DNA of 51,047 bases, taken from Gammaproteobacteria bacterium (GTDB lineage: Bacteria; Pseudomonadota; Gammaproteobacteria; GCF-002020875). The position numbers and the translations under genes were made by a program. Of the stretch, positions 18,440 to 27,420 are shown piece by piece. The stretch is from NCBI GenBank assembly GCA_018648825.1, contig JABGQL010000073.1:2118-53164 (forward strand), read 5' to 3'. Below the pieces are notes generated by a model. The model was not told where the DNA came from. It saw only the letters and a list, made by a program, of their open reading frames with translations, and did no database searches. The number at the start of each line of letters is the position of its first letter. Position 1 is the stretch's first letter.

Positions 18440-18455
18440 TGGCATAGAAGCTGCA
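18440..18455 (+). promoter_or_regulatory. Sigma-54 promoter of the idr operon
   Basis: TGGCATAGAAGCTGCA (GG-N10-GC); CTGGCATAGAA is identical to the promoter at 9543; AT-rich tract upstream. Confidence 0.78.
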
Positions 18456-18547
18456 GTCAATACCTGCGGTTTTTTCTATCAGATGACATTCATGCCATCT
18501 GGTAGGCCAATTGAATGATTTGTCCAACCATACAATGGAGAAACAAT

Positions 18548-19687
18548 ATGGGAGAACGACGAACAATAGTTCGAGGAGCAGTTGCAACTGCAGTTGCACT
18601 GGGCTTGAGTGTCGGTGTGTCTACATCGGTAACTGCGGGGTCACACGGCCCGGTAGCGAAGATTGATGTGAATGCTGCGAAAGCAGAGCTTGGAAAACGA
18701 CTTTTCTTTGATCGCCGCCTGTCAGGTGATGCTGGTATTTCCTGTTCAGACTGTCACAGTCCAGATCATGGCTACGGCAGTAAGGAGGCCCTCTCTCCGG
18801 GATATCCAGGTAATGGACATTTCCGTAATGCGCCATCGCTGTTGAACACCGCGCACAAGAAGACTTGGATGCATGATGGTCGTCTCGGAACCAATTTGAA
18901 TGATGTGACTCGTGAGATGCTCACTGAGGACTACATCATGAATATGGATATGCGGATGATGCAGGAGCGCGTTAAGCAGGACTCTGAGTATCTGGCGCTC
19001 TATAAGGCTGCAGGGATGAATGAGCCTTCCAATGGCAATATTCGCAAGTTGTTGCCAGAGTATATGAAGACCCTAACCACCCGCAATGCGCCAGTAGACA
19101 GTGGCACCATGAGTGCTGCAGCACAGCGTGGCGAAGCGATTTTTGATGGTAAAGGCAACTGTAATAGCTGCCATACCGGAGCGCTCTACTCTGATGGCAA
19201 GCGCCACAACACGGGTGTTCCTGAGAATCTGGATGTGTTCATGGACCCTATGAACCATCAGGCCTATCTCGCCTATGGTATCGGTATGGGGGTAGAGAAT
19301 ATCTTCAACACCAAACGTGATATCGGTGCAGCGGTTCAGAGCCATGAAGCTGATGGTTCAGATATCGGCACCTTTATGACTCCACAGCTACGTGGCCTCA
19401 AGTATAGCGCCCCTTACATGCATAACGGCATGATGGCGACACTGGCTGATGTGGTTGATTTCTACAATCAGGGCGGTGGGGCAGATAGCCACAAGAGTGC
19501 AATGCTGAAGCCACTGCGTTTGACCGATGGTGAGAAGGGCGATCTGGTTGCATACCTAGAGGCACTTTCTGGTGATGCACTAACCGGTTCTGAGTTTGTC
19601 TGGAGTAAGCCATACCCTGCTGAGTATGAGGTGATTCCAAACTGGACTCAGGTGGATAACCGCACCCGTGCGCCAATCAAGAAATAA
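18548..19687 (+). CDS. idrP2: Diheme cytochrome c peroxidase-family protein, iodate reductase-associated
   Basis: GGAG RBS before ATG 18548; signal peptide; LGKRLFFD, CSDCH, CNSCH, TPQLR..APYMHNG. P1/P2 numbering assigned from gene order only. Confidence 0.8.
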   Translation: MGERRTIVRGAVATAVALGLSVGVSTSVTAGSHGPVAKIDVNAAKAELGKRLFFDRRLSGDAGISCSDCHSPDHGYGSKEALSPGYPGNGHFRNAPSLLNTAHKKTWMHDGRLGTNLNDVTREMLTEDYIMNMDMRMMQERVKQDSEYLALYKAAGMNEPSNGNIRKLLPEYMKTLTTRNAPVDSGTMSAAAQRGEAIFDGKGNCNSCHTGALYSDGKRHNTGVPENLDVFMDPMNHQAYLAYGIGMGVENIFNTKRDIGAAVQSHEADGSDIGTFMTPQLRGLKYSAPYMHNGMMATLADVVDFYNQGGGADSHKSAMLKPLRLTDGEKGDLVAYLEALSGDALTGSEFVWSKPYPAEYEVIPNWTQVDNRTRAPIKK

Positions 19688-19705
19688 GCGATCAGGAGAT
19701 TGAAT

Positions 19706-20965
19706 ATGTTTGAAAAGAGAAAGACAAACCCAATCGCCGTTGCGGTCGCATTGGGCGCCACATTGATGGCAGGTTGCACCTCAGCAACCACATCCGTCTC
19801 TACCACTCCGGCCGCTACTGCGGCACCGGTGCAGGTGGCGATGAATGGAACCCCGACGATGGCTTCAGGAGTTGTTGCTGCGGGTGGTGAAAATAATCCG
19901 CCTCTGGCAGCGTTGGGTCCTGTGCCGGTACCTCCAGATAACCCCCAGAGTGCAGCCAAGGTTGAGTTGGGCAAGATGTTGTTCTTCGAGCCAGCGGTCG
20001 GTGGTGATACCTCCACGCCTTGTTCTGCCTGTCATGACCCAGATCAGGGTTGGGGCTGGGCAGAGGATATCTCTCGTGGATATCCAGGCACCGTTCACTG
20101 GCGTAACAGCCAGACTGTGGTGAACTCTGCCTACTATCCTCGTCTGTTCTGGGCCTCCTCGGTCTCTTCACTAGAGGCGCAGGCCAAGTCTGCTGCAGGT
20201 GGTGCGGTTGCAGGTAATGCCGAGTTTGATATCGTTGAGGCGCGTCTGGCACTGATGCCAGAGTATCGTCAGCGTTTCAACGAAGTATTTGGTGATGAGT
20301 TCCCGCTCTACCGCAACGCCTTCCGTGCGATTGCGGCCTTTGAGCGTGCCGAGCTGGTACAGCGTGATGCACCGATTGATAACTACTTCAATGGTGACAA
20401 GAGCGCGTTGAGCGAAGAGCAGCTGCGCGGTATGGCGCTGTTTAACGGCAAGGCCAACTGTATTGAGTGTCACAACGGCCCAATGGCAACCGACTTCAGC
20501 TACTACAACATTGGTGTACCTACGCTGGAACGCTGGAAGGAGGATGGTCTGGCACAGATCACCTATCGCTATGAGATGTATGCGAAGGGTTCAAACGAAG
20601 AGATGTACAAGAACTACAAGGATGATCCAGGTTTCTACTTCCGTGACAAAAACAGCTGGAACAAGGGTAAATTCCGTACGCCGTCTCTGCGTTACACCGC
20701 ATATTCTGCGCCCTATATGCATAACGGCACCCTCAATTCGCTGGAAGAGGTCATTGACTTCTACAATGCGGGTGGTGGACACAATATGTTCTCCAAGAAC
20801 AAGTCCAAGCTGATTAAACCGCTGGGTCTGAATGATGCCGAGAAGGAAGATCTGTTGGCATTCCTCGAGGCCTTCTCGGGTGAAGAGATCGCAATTGATC
20901 GTCCTAAGATGCCTGACTATGCACCTCTGTTTACCAAGGCAGAGCTGATGATGGAGAAGAAATAA
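19706..20965 (+). CDS. idrP1: Diheme cytochrome c peroxidase-family lipoprotein, iodate reductase-associated
   Basis: AGGAG RBS; lipobox LMAGC; LGKMLFFE, CSACH, CIECH, FRTPSLR..APYMHNG; adjacent to the Rieske gene. Confidence 0.8.
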   Translation: MFEKRKTNPIAVAVALGATLMAGCTSATTSVSTTPAATAAPVQVAMNGTPTMASGVVAAGGENNPPLAALGPVPVPPDNPQSAAKVELGKMLFFEPAVGGDTSTPCSACHDPDQGWGWAEDISRGYPGTVHWRNSQTVVNSAYYPRLFWASSVSSLEAQAKSAAGGAVAGNAEFDIVEARLALMPEYRQRFNEVFGDEFPLYRNAFRAIAAFERAELVQRDAPIDNYFNGDKSALSEEQLRGMALFNGKANCIECHNGPMATDFSYYNIGVPTLERWKEDGLAQITYRYEMYAKGSNEEMYKNYKDDPGFYFRDKNSWNKGKFRTPSLRYTAYSAPYMHNGTLNSLEEVIDFYNAGGGHNMFSKNKSKLIKPLGLNDAEKEDLLAFLEAFSGEEIAIDRPKMPDYAPLFTKAELMMEKK

Positions 20966-21576
20966 TGAGTGAATCAGTAACTATCGGTAAAAAGAGCCGA
21001 GAGGACCAGACCGCAGGAGAGCACGGCAAGTGCATGCTCAACCGTCGTCAGTTCTTGATGTACAGTGGTGCAACGGCAGCAACGGCCAGCACCGTATCTC
21101 TTACTCTGTTCCCAGGTACTGCCAAGGCAGCACAGGCCAAGGCACGTGTGGTTGGTTATCCACGTAAGCTGGTGGGCAAGTTGAGTGAGATGAAGGATAA
21201 CGTCCCTGCGGTCATCAACTACCCAGATGATGGCAAGAACTCCATGGCGACCATGGTCAAGACTGGTGTCAAGTGTGGCGGCGGTGTCGGAGCGCAGCGT
21301 GATCTGGTTGCCTTCAGTGCGCTTTGTACACATCAGGGCGGCCCGCTATTGGGTCGTTACAGAGTGGTGGATGAGCACCGGATCATGGGCTCTTGCCCAC
21401 TCCACCTCTCCACCTACGACGTAACCCGTCATGGAATCATCATCTCTGGTCAGGCTTATGAGAGTCTGCCGCAGGTCCTGTTGGAGCTGGATGGAGACGA
21501 TATCTATGCAGTAGGGATGATGGGATTGATCTACGGCCGTAACCAGAACCTCATGTCTGATACGACGGAATCTTAA
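20965..21576 (+). CDS. idrB: Tat-exported Rieske [2Fe-2S] small subunit (AioB-like)
   Basis: Tat motif NRRQFL; CTH ... CPLH ligands; C-terminal LPQVLLE..IYAVGMMGLIYGR typical of AioB/IdrB. Confidence 0.88.
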   Translation: MSESVTIGKKSREDQTAGEHGKCMLNRRQFLMYSGATAATASTVSLTLFPGTAKAAQAKARVVGYPRKLVGKLSEMKDNVPAVINYPDDGKNSMATMVKTGVKCGGGVGAQRDLVAFSALCTHQGGPLLGRYRVVDEHRIMGSCPLHLSTYDVTRHGIIISGQAYESLPQVLLELDGDDIYAVGMMGLIYGRNQNLMSDTTES

Positions 21577-21589
21577 GGAGAATTAAAGA

Positions 21590-24283
21590 ATGGCTACTAA
21601 TTATTATCTTCCAGAAGACTCCGCACCATTGCCACCCAAGCATGCGGATGTCCTGACTACAGCCTGCGACTACTGTATTGTCGCCTGTGGCTACAAGGTC
21701 TATCGCTGGCCTGTCGGTTCCGGTGACGGGGGGCCAATGGCATCTGAAAATGCCTTTAACCAGGACTTCCCAGCCAGCGCACTGCAAAACTGGGTTGCTC
21801 CGGCACAGCACAATGTGGTGATCCATAACGGTCGTCCACACAATGTGATCGTGGTTCCGGATAAAGATACGGAAGCAGTAAACAAGAATGGTGACTCCTC
21901 CATGCGTGGTGGTCTGTTGGCAGCCAAGTGCTACAACCCCAAGACTCCAACGCGTGATCGTCTCACCAACCCACTGGTGCGTATCAACGGTACACTACAG
22001 CCAGTGAGCTGGGACTTCGCACTGGATATCGCTGCGGAGGTGGGTCGCTATGTGATCAAGAATCACGGCGCCAACGCCTACTCCGTGAAGACCTTCTCCT
22101 ACCAGTATCTGGAGAACACCTACGCGATCAAGAAGTATGCACGTCGTAATGTAAATACTGCATCCTTCACCTTCCACGACACCCCATCGGATGTAACCTC
22201 GACTCCAGGCTTCCGTGATGCTGGGTTTGATAACTTCGGTCCATCGTATGATGACTGGGGTGATGCCGATGTACTGCAGATTCATGGTACGGACCCTTAC
22301 GAGACCAAGACCATCATCTATACGCAGTTCATCAAGCCTGCGATTGAACGTGGCATGAAGACCATCTGGTTGAATCCTCGTGAGACGGCCGGTATCGCCT
22401 ATGCCAATAGTAAGGGGCCGGATCAGACCATCCACTTCCAGCTGACACTCGGCACCGATACGGTACTGATGGGGGCAATTGCCCGTGTTATCTGTGAGAA
22501 CGGCTGGGAAGACTCCGACTGGGTTAAGAACTGGGTCAACAGCAAGTGGGAGACCTCTTCAGGCTTCGGTCAGGGTACCCGTAATACCCCTTGGCAGTGG
22601 CGTACCACTTGGGGCATGTTCCAGGTTAAGGGCGGCTTCAAGGGCTACAGCAAATGGGTACAGTCCAAGGATGAGTATAAGGTAGAGAACGCCGCGAAGA
22701 TCTGTGATGTTCCTGCTGCAGATATCATCAAGGCGGCGGAATGGCTTACCAATAAGGGTAAGGGCACCAAGGCCTCCTTCGGTATTGAGAAGGGGTACTA
22801 CTGGTCGAACAACACCGGTAACACCAATGCGGTCTCTTCACTGGCAACCATCTGTGGTGCTGGCGGACGTCCGGGTCAAGTTGTGGGTCGCTTCGGTGGT
22901 CACCAACGTGGTGGTGCAGGTGGCGGTAGCTATCCGCGCAACAAGTCTCCAGAAAAGCGTCCAGGTCGTCGTCGTCGTTCACTCGATACCGATCGTTACC
23001 TGATCTCTGGTCATACCCGTTTTGCTCACGTAATCGGTACCACCTGGATTCAGGCGATGACCGGTTCACAGAGCTTGTACAGTAAATTCCATGAGCTGGT
23101 GCTGGCCAATCCAAATCAGGTCAACTCCTACGATAAGCAGGAGATCATCGAGACCCTGAAGCGTCGTGCAGATTCAGGCGGTATGGTGGTGATCAATCAG
23201 GATATCTATCTGCGTGATCCGATCGGTGCCCGTTTTGCCGATGTGATCTTCCCAGCAGCAACCTGGGGTGAGACTGACTTTACCCGTTCCAACGGTGAGC
23301 GTCGTCTGCGTATCTACAACCAGTTCTACGATGCACCAGGACAGGCGAAACCAGATTGGTGGATCATCGCTGGAATGGCGAGCCGAATGGGTTATGAAGG
23401 CTTTGACTGGAAAAATGCCAATGAGGTTGCAGAGGAGTCATCACGCTCCAGCCGTGGTAACCGTAAGGCGTACCATATGGTCAAGGTTGCGGCACACCGT
23501 GAGGGTAAAACCTTCCATGAGAAGATGCGTGAATTCGGTACCACCGGTATCCAGGGGCCAACGGTCTATAACTACAAGACCGGTGAGCTGACAGGAACCA
23601 AGCGTCTGCACGACACCACCATTACCGAGGAGATGTGTGAGAAGCGTGGTGTCTACCAGGGTGCCAATATGACCAACAAGAAGATGACACACTTCAACTC
23701 GCAGACGGGTAAGGTCAATATCCAGAAGCATCCATGGAAACTGTTCTCAGACTTCCACGAGTGGTTGTCACCTAAGGGTGATGAGCTCTGGTTCTCCAAT
23801 GGTCGAATCAATGAGATTTGGCAGTCGGGCTTCGATGATGTTGAGCGTCGTCCATATGTCACCCAACGCTGGCCTGAGAACTGGGTCGAGATTCACCCTG
23901 ATGATGCCAAGGCTCGCGGTATTGAGTCTGGTGATCAGGTGATGCTCTACTCTGATCGTGTGGTCGAGTCGAAGGATACCATTCTGGGTGTACATGGGGA
24001 TGACTTCCAGTTCTCCACATTGATGAAGAATGGCCACCTCAAGTTCACCAAAGCTGCGGTAACGGCAGTTGCAGTGATTGCACCTCACCTGAAGAAGGGG
24101 ATGATGTACGGCAATATGCTGGATATGCGTCAGCCCAATAACTCGTTGCAGAACCGCGTGGTCGATCAGATCAGTGGTAACTACAACTACAAGATGGGTG
24201 TGGCTAAAGTGAAGAAGATCGGCGAATCGCAGTACAAGAAGGAGTTCCGCTCCATGTCTTGGGCGCCTCGTAATGTGATCTAG
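21590..24283 (+). CDS. idrA: Molybdopterin catalytic subunit, AioA-like clade; putative iodate reductase
   Basis: [3Fe-4S] motif CDYCIVACGY plus SSMRGG; EKG, GRFGGHQ, NGERRLR, NGRINEIWQS. FHDTPSDVTST replaces AioA HNRPAYNSE; preceded by Rieske and two peroxidase genes. Confidence 0.85.
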   Translation: MATNYYLPEDSAPLPPKHADVLTTACDYCIVACGYKVYRWPVGSGDGGPMASENAFNQDFPASALQNWVAPAQHNVVIHNGRPHNVIVVPDKDTEAVNKNGDSSMRGGLLAAKCYNPKTPTRDRLTNPLVRINGTLQPVSWDFALDIAAEVGRYVIKNHGANAYSVKTFSYQYLENTYAIKKYARRNVNTASFTFHDTPSDVTSTPGFRDAGFDNFGPSYDDWGDADVLQIHGTDPYETKTIIYTQFIKPAIERGMKTIWLNPRETAGIAYANSKGPDQTIHFQLTLGTDTVLMGAIARVICENGWEDSDWVKNWVNSKWETSSGFGQGTRNTPWQWRTTWGMFQVKGGFKGYSKWVQSKDEYKVENAAKICDVPAADIIKAAEWLTNKGKGTKASFGIEKGYYWSNNTGNTNAVSSLATICGAGGRPGQVVGRFGGHQRGGAGGGSYPRNKSPEKRPGRRRRSLDTDRYLISGHTRFAHVIGTTWIQAMTGSQSLYSKFHELVLANPNQVNSYDKQEIIETLKRRADSGGMVVINQDIYLRDPIGARFADVIFPAATWGETDFTRSNGERRLRIYNQFYDAPGQAKPDWWIIAGMASRMGYEGFDWKNANEVAEESSRSSRGNRKAYHMVKVAAHREGKTFHEKMREFGTTGIQGPTVYNYKTGELTGTKRLHDTTITEEMCEKRGVYQGANMTNKKMTHFNSQTGKVNIQKHPWKLFSDFHEWLSPKGDELWFSNGRINEIWQSGFDDVERRPYVTQRWPENWVEIHPDDAKARGIESGDQVMLYSDRVVESKDTILGVHGDDFQFSTLMKNGHLKFTKAAVTAVAVIAPHLKKGMMYGNMLDMRQPNNSLQNRVVDQISGNYNYKMGVAKVKKIGESQYKKEFRSMSWAPRNVI

Positions 24284-24307
24284 CCTAGGATTGTTGTAAT
24301 CCTGATG

Positions 24308-24339
24308 CCCCTGACGGAGTTCTCTGTCAGGGGTTTTTT
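24308..24339 (+). terminator. Intrinsic terminator of the idr operon
   Basis: CCCCTGACGGAG-tt-CTCTGTCAGGGG followed by T6. Confidence 0.88.
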
Positions 24340-24376
24340 ACGTAAAGATGTAACAGTTATGCAATATTCTGTAATG

Positions 24377-24390
24377 TTGATTACAATCAA
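24377..24390. promoter_or_regulatory. FNR/Anr/Dnr box
   Basis: TTGATTACAATCAA is a perfect TTGAT-N4-ATCAA, 38 bp before the chemoreceptor ATG. Confidence 0.8.
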
Positions 24391-24428
24391 ACAATCCTTA
24401 ACTTTCTATCTATAGAATTAGTGACACT

Positions 24429-27392
24429 ATGAATATTCTCTCAGCGCTACGCCTCAAGACCAAGCTTATACTCATGATTGCCACGCCGTTGCTGGCGATG
24501 CTCTATTTTTCTACGGATCTGTTAATAGATAAGCGTCATCAACAGCAAGAGATGGTGCAGCTGAGCAGCCTTTCACAGCTGGCCTCTACCCTGAGTGCTC
24601 TGATCCACGAGACTCAGAAAGAGCGTGCTGCAAGTGCCGGATTTACCGGAAGTAAAGGGAAGAAGTTCGTCGATATTTTGCCTAAACAGCGTAAGTTGAC
24701 GGATCAACGGAGGGAGACCTTAAAGGCAGGGTTGGTAGGCTTTGATGCAACTCAGTATGGCGCTGGGTTTGAGAAAAAACTGGCGGCACTGTTGGCTGAT
24801 CTGAAACAGTTGGATCAGATGCGTGCGCAAATCAGTCGCTTGGAGCTTCCACTGCCCAAGGTGGTGGGGTGGTATACAGCAATGAATGCCAAGTTGTTGC
24901 AAGTGGTAGAGCAGATGCCGCATGTGGTGACGGATGCTGCACTGGTAGCGCGGATTACCGCCTATGTGAACTATCTTCAGAGTAAAGAGCGTGCAGGTAT
25001 TGAGCGTGCGGTGTTGAGTGCAACCTTTGGGGCCGACCAATTTGCACCGGGGATGTATAAGAAATTTATTGAGTTGGTAACGGCACAGAAAGATTTTCTA
25101 CATGTGTTTAACGCCATGGGTTCCGAGTCTGATAGACAGTTCTATCGTGAAACCATGCAGCATGAGTCGGTGGCTCAAGTAGAGCAGATGCGTGAAACAG
25201 CATTCAGTAAATTCGCCAGTGGCGGGTTTGGTATCGATGCAGAACACTGGTTTAAAACTATCACCCAGAAGATCAATCAGCTGAAGAGGGTGGATGACCA
25301 CTTGGCTGCTGGCATCCTGCAGCAGGCTGACAGACTGCAGTCGACGGCAACCACACTATTCCGTTTTTATATGGGGCTGATTCTGGTTTTGGTACTGTTT
25401 ACGCTCTGGATGGCGCTGCGAATTGGTGGGTCGATCCGTCACTCTGTAACCCATATGCGAGATGTGATTCGCACAGTAGTGGAGGAGGGGGACTTCTCGG
25501 TACGTGCCGATATTGATGCCCAAGATGCGGTGGGTGAGATGGCACGTACACTGGACTCTCTGTTGGAGAGCCTGCAAGACTCCATTCGTGAGACCAACCA
25601 AGTCGTCAATGATATTGCACATGGCACCTTCAATAGCCGTGTTGAGGCCGATTTCAAAGGGGAGTTATTGTTGTTAAAACAGGGGGTTAATCAGTCAGCA
25701 GAGAGTGTAGAACGCACCATGCTGGGGTTGACCGAGGTGATGAAGGCAATTACAGGGGGGGATTTCCGCTTCCGCCTGGATGGTATTGAGATGGAGGGTG
25801 AGTTCCGTCAAGTGTTGGAGCAGGCGATGGAGTCGATGGACGCCATTGTGACGGATATCAACCATGTAATGGATGCAGTTGCCAAAGGTAAGTTTGATGT
25901 TCGGGTGACTACGGTTGCTCAAGGCGATCTGGATCTATTGAAAAATAACTTGAACCGCTCATTGAATACTTTAGGAGAGGGGCTGAAAGAAGCCATTCGG
26001 GTCTCTAACCAGATGGGTGAGGGTGACCTGACTCAGTCTGTTACAGGAGATTATCGCGGCTCTTTGGCGGTGCTTAAAGACTCCATTAATGCAACACAGG
26101 CTAACTTTACCCAAATTGTCAGTAAAGTACGCTCTGCCTCTGAGCGTGTGCGTAAAGGTTCAGAAGAGATTTCACGCGGTAGTATGGATCTCTCCTCCCG
26201 TACCTCAGAGCAGGCGGCCAGCCTAGAAGAGACCGGTGCCAGCATGGAGGAGATGGCCAGTACCGTGAATATGAATGCAGACAGCGCCTCTCAGGCGAGT
26301 CAGTTAGCGGCAGAGTCACTGTTGCGTGCCGAGGAGGGGAGTCGGGTGGTTGCCGAGACGGTCAGCGCGATGCTGGGGATCAACTCATCCAGTAGTGAGA
26401 TCTCTGAAATTATCTCCTTGATTGATGGTATCGCCTTCCAGACCAATCTGCTGGCACTGAATGCAGCGGTAGAGGCGGCACGTGCAGGTGATCATGGCCG
26501 TGGGTTTGCAGTGGTTGCTGGTGAGGTACGTACATTGGCACAGCGTTCGGCGGATGCGGCTAAAGATATTAAAGGACTGATTGAGGAGAGTGGCAGCCGA
26601 ATTCAACAAGGCAGTGACTTAGTAAGCAGCAGCGGTGTAGCGCTCGACTCAATTGAAGAGTCGGTGAAGAAGATGAACGACATCTCCAGCGAGATTGAGG
26701 CAGCGACCAAAGAGCAGACACAGGGGATTAACCAAGTGAATACTGCGGTAGCGCAGCTGGACACGGTGACCCAAGAGAATGCAGCACTGGTGGAAGAGAC
26801 CGCTGCAGCCAGTTCACAGTTGAGTCAACAGGCGGATGAATTGGCGAGCATGGTCTCTCTCTTTAAATTGAGTCAAGAGGCGCAACGGCCGACATCAAGC
26901 AACCCATACACGGATGTTTTGACAAGGGCGCGATCGGCACACATTGCATGGAAGGGAAAAATTCGTGGTTTCCTAGATGGTGTGATTGAGATGGAGATGA
27001 GTCAGGCAGTTTCTCACCATGACTGTATGTTAGGGCAGTGGTTGGATAAAGAGGGGCGCAAACAATTCGCCTCATTGCCAGAGATGAAGACACTGGATAC
27101 AGTGCATGAAAAGATGCACTCCTTGATTCAGGATATTGTGAAGATGAAGAAGGCAGGGGATGGTGCAGGGGCTGAGGCACGGTTTGATGAGATTGAGCCG
27201 CTCTCGAAAGAGGTGGTTGTGCTGTTGGACAGGATCGAATCTGCGGCGGGTATGGCTTCAGCATCTCCGGTGCAGAGCAAGTCCGCAGCCTTACAGTCAG
27301 CGCCTCGACAGAGTAGGCCGACAGCTCAGCGAACTGCAGCTACCCCCCCACCTGTTTCGCATGCTGGTGATTCCGACTGGGCATCATTCTAG
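24429..27392 (+). CDS. Methyl-accepting chemotaxis protein: periplasmic NIT domain, poly-HAMP, signalling domain, C-terminal CZB domain and pentapeptide
   Basis: [10 protein letters not shown] and KERAGIERA (NIT); [20 protein letters not shown]; [20 protein letters not shown] (CZB); terminal DWASF. Confidence 0.93.
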   Translation: MNILSALRLKTKLILMIATPLLAMLYFSTDLLIDKRHQQQEMVQLSSLSQLASTLSALIHETQKERAASAGFTGSKGKKFVDILPKQRKLTDQRRETLKAGLVGFDATQYGAGFEKKLAALLADLKQLDQMRAQISRLELPLPKVVGWYTAMNAKLLQVVEQMPHVVTDAALVARITAYVNYLQSKERAGIERAVLSATFGADQFAPGMYKKFIELVTAQKDFLHVFNAMGSESDRQFYRETMQHESVAQVEQMRETAFSKFASGGFGIDAEHWFKTITQKINQLKRVDDHLAAGILQQADRLQSTATTLFRFYMGLILVLVLFTLWMALRIGGSIRHSVTHMRDVIRTVVEEGDFSVRADIDAQDAVGEMARTLDSLLESLQDSIRETNQVVNDIAHGTFNSRVEADFKGELLLLKQGVNQSAESVERTMLGLTEVMKAITGGDFRFRLDGIEMEGEFRQVLEQAMESMDAIVTDINHVMDAVAKGKFDVRVTTVAQGDLDLLKNNLNRSLNTLGEGLKEAIRVSNQMGEGDLTQSVTGDYRGSLAVLKDSINATQANFTQIVSKVRSASERVRKGSEEISRGSMDLSSRTSEQAASLEETGASMEEMASTVNMNADSASQASQLAAESLLRAEEGSRVVAETVSAMLGINSSSSEISEIISLIDGIAFQTNLLALNAAVEAARAGDHGRGFAVVAGEVRTLAQRSADAAKDIKGLIEESGSRIQQGSDLVSSSGVALDSIEESVKKMNDISSEIEAATKEQTQGINQVNTAVAQLDTVTQENAALVEETAAASSQLSQQADELASMVSLFKLSQEAQRPTSSNPYTDVLTRARSAHIAWKGKIRGFLDGVIEMEMSQAVSHHDCMLGQWLDKEGRKQFASLPEMKTLDTVHEKMHSLIQDIVKMKKAGDGAGAEARFDEIEPLSKEVVVLLDRIESAAGMASASPVQSKSAALQSAPRQSRPTAQRTAATPPPVSHAGDSDWASF

Positions 27393-27420
27393 TTTTTTGT
27401 AACAGAACCGGAACGGAGTA

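Noticed and set aside
21590-24283. Arsenite oxidase aioA
   Set aside because: Lacks the HNRPAYNSE motif, no aioXSR/ars genes nearby, and two peroxidase genes precede it as in idr clusters; phylogeny is still needed.
18548-24283. Recently acquired mobile island carrying idr
   Set aside because: No integrase, transposase, tRNA or direct repeats seen, and the promoter motifs are shared with neighbouring operons.
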